Positions 26,501 through 33,442 of a stretch of 33,442 nucleotides of DNA are shown here, in pieces. Position 1 is the first letter of the stretch. Every line of letters begins with the position of its first letter. Below the pieces are notes generated by a model. That model was not told the DNA's origin. It worked only from the letters and a program-made list of their open reading frames with translations, and ran no database searches. This DNA is from a virus (lineage: Duplodnaviria; Caudoviricetes), in the IMG/VR virus record IMGVR_UViG_3300020045_014567, positions 1 to 33,442 of that record; one strand, given 5' to 3'. Position numbers and translations under genes: made by a program.

Positions 26501-27026
26501 TGCGATTGTAGTTTTCGATTATTGTTGTATTGACAGTGTGAAGATACTGTATAAGTTCATCTAATCCAAGCGAACTGTCCCTTTTTATTGTATCTTCGAA
26601 GTCAGAACACGAATCTTTAGTTGCTGCTCTCTTTATGTAGCGAGCTTTTAAAATGCCTTCTGGTACTTCAAGCCATACTCGCTCGTAGTTGATTGTGTGA
26701 ATTTCGTTCACTATACTTTCGAGAGCTTTTAAGATAGATAACTGACGAATACCAGTGATCACCATTGTGTCAGTGTTAGCTTTCGAATAAAAAATCTCAT
26801 TCTGAAGATAATCAATAATCTGACTATCAAGAGATTTGTCGTGAGTGCGTGAGTTCGTCTTGGTGAGTTTGCGAACTACGTCTCCAATATCGATATGAAG
26901 ACAATTAGGTGGACAGTTTTCAAGAACGTATTGATTCTTGCCGGAGCAGACTTTACCGAAGACTGCGATGAGGTATGATTGTTCATCTTTCATATTAATC
27001 CTTATAAACGATGGAGCCGTTCTCAT
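26481..27026 (-). CDS. P-loop nucleotide monophosphate kinase-like protein
   Basis: GKVCSGK, GDVVR, ITGIR, RYIKR lid motif. Confidence 0.7.
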   Translation of the reverse strand: MRTAPSFIRINMKDEQSYLIAVFGKVCSGKNQYVLENCPPNCLHIDIGDVVRKLTKTNSRTHDKSLDSQIIDYLQNEIFYSKANTDTMVITGIRQLSILKALESIVNEIHTINYERVWLEVPEGILKARYIKRAATKDSCSDFEDTIKRDSSLGLDELIQYLHTVNTTIIENYNRNEDYTL

Positions 27027-27354
27027 TATCTTCCAAACATTGTACGGAGTAGCAATCGAAAGCTTCGAGAATCTCTTCAGCTATCATTTCACAGGACATC
27101 CCACCAAATTCGCACCAGTTAGGAACGCAAATTGCATTACCTACCATATAGTTGTTTTTGAGGTGATCTTGAACAGCTCTCTTGAAGAGAATAATCTCTA
27201 CGTCACGGTCGCTATGATTCACTTCTTTCACACATTCAATGTGAAAAATATGTCTGTGTCTATCTCTGAGAAAATCAACAGCTTCTGGAGCATCCTTCCA
27301 ATTATGAAATCCTTCGATTTGTAATCTGATTACTACATTTACCTGATTTGCCAT
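26995..27354 (-). CDS. dpdL: QueD-paralog T-fold protein, DpdL-like (CDG decarboxylase)
   Basis: EGFHNW, LRDRHRHIF (LxxxHRHxF), DRDVE, SCEMIA, EDNENG. Confidence 0.7.
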   Translation of the reverse strand: MANQVNVVIRLQIEGFHNWKDAPEAVDFLRDRHRHIFHIECVKEVNHSDRDVEIILFKRAVQDHLKNNYMVGNAICVPNWCEFGGMSCEMIAEEILEAFDCYSVQCLEDNENGSIVYKD

Positions 27355-27356
27355 GA

Positions 27357-27638
27357 TTACGATCCTAAAAATTGATTAATGATTAGTTTTCCTTCAGCGT
27401 TTCGCTCCATTAAATCTAATTCGTTGACTGTTAAATTTTCTTCAACTACCAGATATAATTTTTCTGCAATAGCTTTGTAAGCCTGCTCCACCACTGAAAC
27501 AGATAACTCTCCTACCCATTCGAATTTCTCTCCTTCGTATTTGCGAAAAGATTCTTGATCGCTTTCACTTACTATGAAAGTGGTGTTAAGAGCTGTATTC
27601 AAGATTATTGTTTTGCCTGCGATTATTGGTTCCTTCAT
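27357..27638 (-). CDS. Hypothetical protein
   Basis: 93-aa ORF, first after the promoter motif. Confidence 0.65.
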   Translation of the reverse strand: MKEPIIAGKTIILNTALNTTFIVSESDQESFRKYEGEKFEWVGELSVSVVEQAYKAIAEKLYLVVEENLTVNELDLMERNAEGKLIINQFLGS

Positions 27639-27660
27639 ATAGTTATTTATTTATGGATGT

Positions 27661-27701
27661 AAAAATAGTCCATTGTCTCTTGCGAAACAACAGACTATTG
27701 T
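27661..27701 (-). promoter_or_regulatory. Promoter motif copy 5, overlapping an intrinsic terminator hairpin
   Basis: Minus strand ACAATAGTCTGTTGTTTC-GCAA-GAGACAATGGACTATTTTT; same block spacing as the other copies. Confidence 0.6.
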
Positions 27702-27722
27702 AGTTTTTAGGTCGAATCACCT

Positions 27723-28253
27723 TTATTTTTGTGATTTATCTTCTAATCTCTGTTTGTCGTTTTGATATTGTCCATTATAAAGATTCTCAACAACGTTGCT
27801 TTCGTGAGCATAGATCTGAGCTACGCGAGCTCCTACCTCAATGGTGATTGGAATCCTTACGTGAAGTACTGTACCTATATTAGAGCTCCGAAAGCCTGCG
27901 TCGAAACACGATGAATGTAAGATTGCTCCATTTCTCAACAAACTACTTCTCTGACGAATCAAAAGCATTTGATCTGAAGGAATTTCACATCCTTGAGCAA
28001 AAGTGATATCGTAAGATCCTGGCTCAAGGTGCCACGCTATTGTTTTTTCGTCATCTACTTCGATCTCTGCTGGCTCCACATTCTGTCGAGTAGCAAGTTT
28101 CGTTTTACCTACTCGAGGGATAAATCCTTTACCAACGATCTTTTCAACCTTCACTAAATTAAGATCTACGCCATGCTGAGCCACATTTTCTGCGGCGATT
28201 GGTCCGGTAATGATCATTCGATCTACTAATTGTTTTCCTGTTAAATTTGCCAT
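27723..28253 (-). CDS. Trimeric dUTPase / dCTP deaminase family protein
   Basis: GVDL, RSSLLRNG, DAGF, GARVAQI, YNGQYQ. Confidence 0.8.
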   Translation of the reverse strand: MANLTGKQLVDRMIITGPIAAENVAQHGVDLNLVKVEKIVGKGFIPRVGKTKLATRQNVEPAEIEVDDEKTIAWHLEPGSYDITFAQGCEIPSDQMLLIRQRSSLLRNGAILHSSCFDAGFRSSNIGTVLHVRIPITIEVGARVAQIYAHESNVVENLYNGQYQNDKQRLEDKSQK

Positions 28254-28255
28254 GT

Positions 28256-29242
28256 TTACGCTATTTGTGCTTTGATTTTTACTTCTAATTCATCCATCAA
28301 TTCAGGATTGTCTTCAAGGAGCTGTTTTGTTTTGTCTCTTCCTTGATCCAGCTTTGTATCTCCATAACTGTACCATGATCCTGCTTTTTTGATAATACCG
28401 TATTCTACGCCAAGATCCACAATTTCTCCCGATTTCGAGATACCCTTACCGTACATGATGTCGAACTCAGCTACTTTGAAAGGTGGCGCTACTTTATTCT
28501 TCACCACTTTCACTTTCGTGAGATTTCCAGTAATATCATCGCCGTCTTTTACTTGAGATGAGCGACGAACATCTAAGCGTACCGAAGCATAAAATTTAAG
28601 CGCATTCCCACCCGCAGTTACCTCCGGTGACCCGAACATAACGCCTATCTTTTCACGTAATTGATTAATAAAAATCACTGTGGTATTTGTTTTCGAAACC
28701 ATAGCAGTAATCTTTCTCATTGCCTGAGACATCATGCGAGCTTGCAATCCCATTTTAGCGTCACCCATTTCTCCATCAAGTTCTGCTTTCGGAACAAGAG
28801 CTGCGACCGAGTCGATTACTACTACATCAAATCCTCCTGACTCTATAAGTCCTGCCGCTATTTCTAAAGCTTGTTCACCATAATCTGGCTGCGCAAAATA
28901 TAGCTTTTCGAGATCGACTCCAAGATTGGTTGCGTACAAAGGATCGAAGCTGCACTCAACGTCGATATAAGCTGCGTTTCCTCCAAGCTTTTGAGCTTCT
29001 GCTACAGTATGAATTGCAAGTGTAGTTTTGCCGCTTGATTCTGGTCCATATATTTCGATAACTCTACCCTTTGGAAGGCCACCAATTCCGAGCGCAATAT
29101 CTAATCCAAGAGATCCAGTTGAAGTCGCTTCGACATTAATCTCCGGCTTGTCTGATAACTTCATTACTGCGGTCTTCCCGAATTGTTTCGATATTTTATC
29201 GAGCGCTAATTGTACTCTTTTATCTTTTTCCGATTGTTCCAT
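28256..29242 (-). CDS. recA: Recombinase RecA
   Basis: [39 protein letters not shown]. Confidence 0.97.
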   Translation of the reverse strand: MEQSEKDKRVQLALDKISKQFGKTAVMKLSDKPEINVEATSTGSLGLDIALGIGGLPKGRVIEIYGPESSGKTTLAIHTVAEAQKLGGNAAYIDVECSFDPLYATNLGVDLEKLYFAQPDYGEQALEIAAGLIESGGFDVVVIDSVAALVPKAELDGEMGDAKMGLQARMMSQAMRKITAMVSKTNTTVIFINQLREKIGVMFGSPEVTAGGNALKFYASVRLDVRRSSQVKDGDDITGNLTKVKVVKNKVAPPFKVAEFDIMYGKGISKSGEIVDLGVEYGIIKKAGSWYSYGDTKLDQGRDKTKQLLEDNPELMDELEVKIKAQIA

Positions 29243-29249
29243 TTTGCGA

Positions 29250-29894
29250 TTATTTTGTACGTGATTGATCGATCAATTGAAAGAATTCTTGACGTGTTCC
29301 AATCTCATTTGTGAAGAAATATCCAGACATTTGAGAAGTTTTCATAACGCTATCATGTTTGATCCCTCTGCATTTAACACAAGAATGTTGTGATTCGATA
29401 ACAACTACCACGCCGCGATTACCAACGCATAGTTCATCTACTTTATCGTGAATCTGTTTTGTTAGTGACTCTTGAATATTTGGGCGACGAGCGTACCAGT
29501 CAACAATTCGATTCAATTTACTTAATCCAAGCACTTGATCTGTTTTCTCTTTCCCTGGAATATACGCTACGTGTGCTACGCCCGAAAACCCCAAATTATG
29601 GTGACAACACATACTTACAACTGGAATATTTGTTTGGCAAATCAAACCTGAGTAACCTTCATCGTTAGGGAAAGTGGTAATTGGTGAAAGATCATTGATG
29701 CTACCAGCAATCAAATCGTTTACCCAAGCTTTTGCAACTCTGAAGGGAGTTCTGTCTGAATGTGGATCAGCTGCCCAATCAAATCCCATAGCTGTTAGGA
29801 ATCGACCATAATGAAGAGCTCCTTCTTCAATCATTTTTTGCTTCTCTTCCGAAGTTCTCGCGATACTGCCGTTTGCTTTTTTTATCAACTCCAT
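29250..29894 (-). CDS. folE: GTP cyclohydrolase I
   Basis: [34 protein letters not shown]. Confidence 0.93.
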   Translation of the reverse strand: MELIKKANGSIARTSEEKQKMIEEGALHYGRFLTAMGFDWAADPHSDRTPFRVAKAWVNDLIAGSINDLSPITTFPNDEGYSGLICQTNIPVVSMCCHHNLGFSGVAHVAYIPGKEKTDQVLGLSKLNRIVDWYARRPNIQESLTKQIHDKVDELCVGNRGVVVVIESQHSCVKCRGIKHDSVMKTSQMSGYFFTNEIGTRQEFFQLIDQSRTK

Positions 29895-29897
29895 TCT

Positions 29898-30143
29898 TTA
29901 AAATTTAAAAGGTTTCTTGGGAGCTTTCTTGCCCTCAACTATTGGTGCTTTTACACGTTTCTCTTTGATATACGCGACGATCTGAGCTACTAACTCATCA
30001 AAGCTTGATGCTTCGAATTTCTTTTTCTTCTGAAGGAGATATCCTCCCCAACCTTCGTCGTTTGGACTTAGAGTCATTGCTGCTCCTGAGGTTTCTTTTA
30101 CTACTTGACGGAGTTGTTCCGCTGTACTTAATTCTTTTGCCAT
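29898..30143 (-). CDS. Hypothetical protein
   Basis: 81-aa ORF in operon. Confidence 0.65.
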   Translation of the reverse strand: MAKELSTAEQLRQVVKETSGAAMTLSPNDEGWGGYLLQKKKKFEASSFDELVAQIVAYIKEKRVKAPIVEGKKAPKKPFKF

Positions 30144-30165
30144 TTTTATTTTTGTTTTGCTGCGA

Positions 30166-30831
30166 TTAAATATCTTTGAAAATTGAAGGAAGAATTGATT
30201 GCAATTCTTCTAATAAAGGTTTCATTAGCTCTACCATTTGAGGATGAGCTGCTGCTGAAGTACGTTGTTTGAAGATTGTTCTCCATTCGCGCATATTCGC
30301 TGTGACTACTATTTCTGTTTTCAATGAATTCGGAAGTACTGAGCGAGCTTGTTGAGCTTGCCAACCTTCTCTCAGTAATTGTAAGTAAGCTTGTCCACTT
30401 TCAGTAATTGAGTGGTACCATGCTTTGGTTGTCTCCTCGATTTGAAGGTAGTTGTGCTCATTTAATCTCTGAACAAGATCAATCTGCTCATTACTAATCC
30501 AAGGCGGAATAATGAAGGTGAGTTTATTGTTGAATTGATCTTTTGAGTAGTTGCAGTAGCGTGTACTCTCTTGAGAGAAAGACGCAATTCTGTGACGGAC
30601 TATTTCATGCGACACTCCTCTGTCACAAACGAACAACACTGAAAGAGATTGATGTTCGAGTACTGATTCGTGTCCACGCTTTATCAACATTTCGACGAAC
30701 TTGTTAGCGCTCTCATCTGTCATTTTCTCTTCACTCTTGTAGCATGTTCTACCTGCACGCTCGATATTTTGTAGAATTTTCGAACTGTCGATTTCAGACA
30801 GTATTTGATACGATGGTCTAATTAATTTCAT
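30166..30831 (-). CDS. thyX: Flavin-dependent thymidylate synthase
   Basis: GHESVLEH, RGVSHEIVRHR, SQESTRY, ARSVLP, NMREW. Confidence 0.95.
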   Translation of the reverse strand: MKLIRPSYQILSEIDSSKILQNIERAGRTCYKSEEKMTDESANKFVEMLIKRGHESVLEHQSLSVLFVCDRGVSHEIVRHRIASFSQESTRYCNYSKDQFNNKLTFIIPPWISNEQIDLVQRLNEHNYLQIEETTKAWYHSITESGQAYLQLLREGWQAQQARSVLPNSLKTEIVVTANMREWRTIFKQRTSAAAHPQMVELMKPLLEELQSILPSIFKDI

Positions 30832-30841
30832 TTTTACAATT

Positions 30842-31582
30842 TTATAAATATTTATATCCTATTTGATTAGCTTTGATTCGATTAGCAATCGTTGCAGAAT
30901 GTACACCTAACTCTTTAGCTGCTTTAGCTGAGCTTAAAAAAGATACGCCGTTTATTTCTACAGGTTTACTTGTTTTAGGCAAACAATCTATTCTCTCAGC
31001 TCTACGTTTGCAAATTTTCTTTCTTACTTCTTCAGAATGAGTTTTACCTAACATAGTCCCAGTTTTCCCTGCAGTACACTTTATACATACCTGAGCGCCG
31101 ATACTTTTCTTTTTACCGCATTTACATATAGATTGAGATTCCACAACTCCTCCTTTCCAATGACTGTTAGTTGATCCAGGATGACCATATTTCTTCTTTC
31201 TCTGTTCTTCACCCATTAACTCTCTTGTCCTTTTAACTTTGATTTGCCTGGTTTTGATAAACTCAGCTTTGTTGGGGTGATGAGAAATATTGTCTCCTCC
31301 CGAAGCCGACAAAGACATGTTTAAACATTGAGTGAAATCTAACGAATCGAGATATCTTTGTTCGATGACTTTAATCTCTTCGATCGAACATTCTTCAACC
31401 ATTTCAAAAGAGAGGTCGCTTTCTCCATATTTATTGTAAACACGTTGCAATTTTTGAGAATGATGTCGATTATTTTTAAGATCAGATAAATGCTGCTTCC
31501 ATCTCACTTCGATTCGAACTGAACTACCTAAGTAAAATTGATCTTTAGCTTTGCTTACTATCTTATAAATTCCACACCTCAT
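30842..31582 (-). CDS. GIY-YIG homing endonuclease, I-TevI-like, free-standing
   Basis: GIY...YLGSS, RWKQH, KLQR, CKCG...CIKC zinc finger, NUMOD3-like GKTHSEEVRKKI, C-terminal HTH. Confidence 0.9.
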   Translation of the reverse strand: MRCGIYKIVSKAKDQFYLGSSVRIEVRWKQHLSDLKNNRHHSQKLQRVYNKYGESDLSFEMVEECSIEEIKVIEQRYLDSLDFTQCLNMSLSASGGDNISHHPNKAEFIKTRQIKVKRTRELMGEEQRKKKYGHPGSTNSHWKGGVVESQSICKCGKKKSIGAQVCIKCTAGKTGTMLGKTHSEEVRKKICKRRAERIDCLPKTSKPVEINGVSFLSSAKAAKELGVHSATIANRIKANQIGYKYL

Positions 31583-31636
31583 TTAATAGGTTCCTTTCTC
31601 CTGGATTGTTTTTAACAATTCGATGTACTGTTTCAT
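31583..31636 (-). pseudogene. thyA: 5' remnant of thymidylate synthase ThyA (17 aa)
   Basis: MKQYIELLKTIQEKGTY-stop resembles the ThyA N-terminus (E. coli MKQYLELMQKVLDEGT); stop abuts the endonuclease ATG (TAAATG). Confidence 0.75.
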
Positions 31637-31644
31637 TGCGGTTT

Positions 31645-31944
31645 TTAATCGATTAGTTTTAAAATATCTTCTTTTGAGACTCTCATTGAAATGAGGAGTA
31701 GGGTGCAGTATCCAATAATGTCGCAAACATCATTTACTCGAGTTTCCTCCGAAGCTTGTACTCGTTTGAGTTTGTCGTCTAGTCTGATCTTGATTGAATC
31801 CTGACCTGAGAGTTTACTGAATGTGTTTGTTGGATTGATAGCGGCGTCGCCGTAGCGCTTGTTCTTTTCGAGAAGTAGCTCCTGCATTGCAGTAGTTACT
31901 TCCTTAATTCTGTCCTGGGTTGATTCAAACGATTTCTGTATCAT
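31645..31944 (-). CDS. Nucleotide-modification-associated domain 1 (DUF1599-like) protein
   Basis: LLEKNKRYGD, IRLDDKLKR, DIIGY. Confidence 0.7.
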   Translation of the reverse strand: MIQKSFESTQDRIKEVTTAMQELLLEKNKRYGDAAINPTNTFSKLSGQDSIKIRLDDKLKRVQASEETRVNDVCDIIGYCTLLLISMRVSKEDILKLID

Positions 31945-31946
31945 AA

Positions 31947-32714
31947 TTATACTCCTGTTTTTTTATCCCAAATTGTTACGTGTAAACGATCAGAAAATCT
32001 CACTCCTTCACGAATAGCCATTTCTGCTGCCATTTCTCGAGTTTTAGAGAGTTCTTCGCGACTTTCACCGCAAGGCATAAGTATAATCTGTTCTCTGCGA
32101 ATTAAACCTGGTTTCAAGAAGTCTAGTTCGATTTCTTCCCAGTCTGATTCTTCAGATACTACAAATTTAAAATATGAGTTATCGAGTTCGCTCATTTTTT
32201 TCAATACCTCAGGTTCGTAGCGAGCTACTTTTCTGTTTCCGGAATTTTCAAGTTTAGGAGAGTTGTTCCATTGATCAGTGATATTGATCATTCCTTCTGA
32301 AGGCATTAGTACACATTCGTTTTCAACTTCGATAAAAGGTTTGAATCCGTAGCTTTCAGCGAATTCAACGATAAATTTCAAAAGCTGAGTTTGCTGCCGT
32401 AAGGGGCTTCCGCCAGTGAGAACAAAATGAGCACCATTTCTCAGTTGCTGAATTAATCCGGCCTCTTCCATCATAGCGAAGAGCTCTTCGAAAGAGTAAG
32501 TGTTACCGTATCTCCATACTGAGACAGAGTCACAGAAAATACAATTTAATGTACAGTCTTTCAAACGTAAGAAAGCTGCTGGTACTCCTGAGCTAACGCC
32601 CTCTCCTTGCAATGTTTCGGAGAAGAATTCAGATACTTTTAGTGAGCGATAAGGATCGATCCCTTCCGCGTTTTTAACGCGCTTAGGATCTGCTTCGATT
32701 ATTTGTTTTGACAT
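31947..32714 (-). CDS. queE: 7-carboxy-7-deazaguanine synthase (radical SAM)
   Basis: TLQGEG, FLRL, CTLNCIFCD, LTGG, SPKL, FKFVV, RLH. Confidence 0.92.
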   Translation of the reverse strand: MSKQIIEADPKRVKNAEGIDPYRSLKVSEFFSETLQGEGVSSGVPAAFLRLKDCTLNCIFCDSVSVWRYGNTYSFEELFAMMEEAGLIQQLRNGAHFVLTGGSPLRQQTQLLKFIVEFAESYGFKPFIEVENECVLMPSEGMINITDQWNNSPKLENSGNRKVARYEPEVLKKMSELDNSYFKFVVSEESDWEEIELDFLKPGLIRREQIILMPCGESREELSKTREMAAEMAIREGVRFSDRLHVTIWDKKTGV

Positions 32715-32775
32715 ATTTATGTGTTATTTGATTTTTAATACTGTAAAAGTACAACTTATTTCTATAGAACAAGCG

Positions 32776-32802
32776 GAAGCTCCCATTTTCCGTGGGAGCT
32801 TC
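32776..32802. other. Intergenic 10-bp hairpin between queD and queE (possible terminator)
   Basis: GAAGCTCCCA-TTTTCCG-TGGGAGCTTC. Confidence 0.55.
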
Positions 32803-32810
32803 GACCTAGT

Positions 32811-33308
32811 TTAGTTATTTGGATTGTAGGTGTAGACTTTGCGGTCGTCGTACTCAAATTCACCTTTAGCTTCAAGATATTTCTTTAAATCCTCACCGTG
32901 AACAGATAGAAAAATCTCTTTCTCTTCAGGAGTTATTGATTCTTCAAAGCAATCTACCCAGCAATTAGGTGTTTCGTATAAGCGCACTTGATATAAAGTC
33001 AATCCCTCTATTGATGAAAACAATGCTTGCTGAGCTAAGAAAAGCTCTTTTGATAAATTCTCTGCAGTTGGATTACAATACTCACCTACACCACTCAAAC
33101 ACATGATCCATAATTTTGTATGAATTTCGCGAAGAACATCGATAAGCTTTGTGTCATGAGGATTTAATAATGTTCCATGATCCCAAAAATCATCCATCCA
33201 TTGGCATCCAATTCTCTTAATCTCTTTGAAGTCAATATTGTAACCTATCTCTTTAGTTGTTTCAAACTTGAATATAAGCTCTCCGAAATACCGATGGCCA
33301 TGATTCGA
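32811..33308 (-). pseudogene. queD: 6-carboxytetrahydropterin synthase, 5'-truncated
   Basis: The frame extends upstream of the listed Met through IDFKEIK to SNHGHRY, then meets TAA. Also DH, NPTAEN, YETPN. The start, first His and catalytic Cys are missing. Confidence 0.85.
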
Positions 33309-33442
33309 TTAAATCTTTAATAGGGTGTACAATTGAAGAATTGAGAGTCTATCTTGAGTTGCAATTTACTGAAGATATGAATTGGAGCAATTACGGAATG
33401 TTTGGTTGGCATATCGACCATATTGTACCGTGCTCAGATTTC
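33305..33442 (+). CDS. HNH endonuclease fragment, no start, runs off the window
   Basis: SIKSLIGCTIEELRVYLELQFTEDMNWSNYGMFGWHIDHIVPCSDF. Confidence 0.75.

Noticed and set aside
2476-29993. Many plus-strand ORFs in the track (e.g. 2476, 4251, 6277, 17405, 19265, 21329, 23143, 26938, 29028)
   Set aside because: Antisense shadows of well-supported minus-strand genes, with no motifs.
30146-30364. 72-aa Ser-rich ORF as a possible thyA 3' remnant
   Set aside because: Alternate frame within thyX with no ThyA C-terminal similarity.
30832-31645. Group I intron (td-like) around the GIY-YIG gene
   Set aside because: Only 0 and 10 nt flank the ORF, so there is no room for a ribozyme core, and no thyA exon 2 is present.
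33267-33284. Short matches (CTTGAATATA inverted, AAGCTCTCC direct) to the left junction near 2279-2294 as recombination sites
   Set aside because: queD homology continues past them to HGH, so they are not at the breakpoint; likely chance.
1-33442. Stop-codon reassignment (TAG or TGA) as in some Bacteroidota phages
   Set aside because: Long core genes are intact in the standard code, and TAG and TGA end genes at sensible boundaries.
33306-33442. Group I intron 3' end interrupting queD (a G precedes AATCATGGCCAT)
   Set aside because: No convincing P7/P9 elements, and the sequence is better explained as opposite-strand HNH coding DNA. Not fully excludable at the window edge.
1-33442. CRISPR array, IS element, integrase or diversity-generating retroelement
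   Set aside because: No regularly spaced repeats, transposase, recombinase or reverse transcriptase motifs seen, and differences between the duplicated arms are not adenine-specific.

Overview
This window is part of a large lytic dsDNA phage, most likely infecting Bacteroidota. The host inference rests on TAnnTTT-type promoters and the lack of Shine-Dalgarno sites. About 2.3-33.3 kb is one minus-strand block. It carries terL (N-half ending in a 21-aa intein N-fragment), groES, Tad1- and Tad2-like anti-defence sponges, a UvrD helicase, two winged-helix initiator-like genes, RuvC, SbcCD (gp46/47), HU, SSB, a UvsY-like protein, a DNA MTase, a ligase, RecA, dUTPase/dCTP deaminase and ThyX. It also carries a dispersed 7-deazaguanine DNA-modification set: FolE, QueD, QueE, a DpdL-like protein and a DpdA-like protein. 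The best finding is a 17-codon thyA 5' stub, missed by the ORF track, followed directly by an intron-less full-length I-TevI-like GIY-YIG endonuclease and then thyX. This looks like homing-endonuclease-driven replacement of thyA by thyX. Both ends of the minus block are strand-switch junctions that break genes (terL/intein near 2280, queD/HNH near 33306). The first 1.9 kb is a diverged inverted copy of 4.5-7.1 kb, so either a real rearrangement or an assembly chimera must be considered. Also seen: a 5-copy promoter motif, a recurrent AATCG element just upstream of start codons, a non-canonical tRNA-like gene and a palindrome-rich candidate origin. All family calls come from motif recognition by eye; no searches were run.
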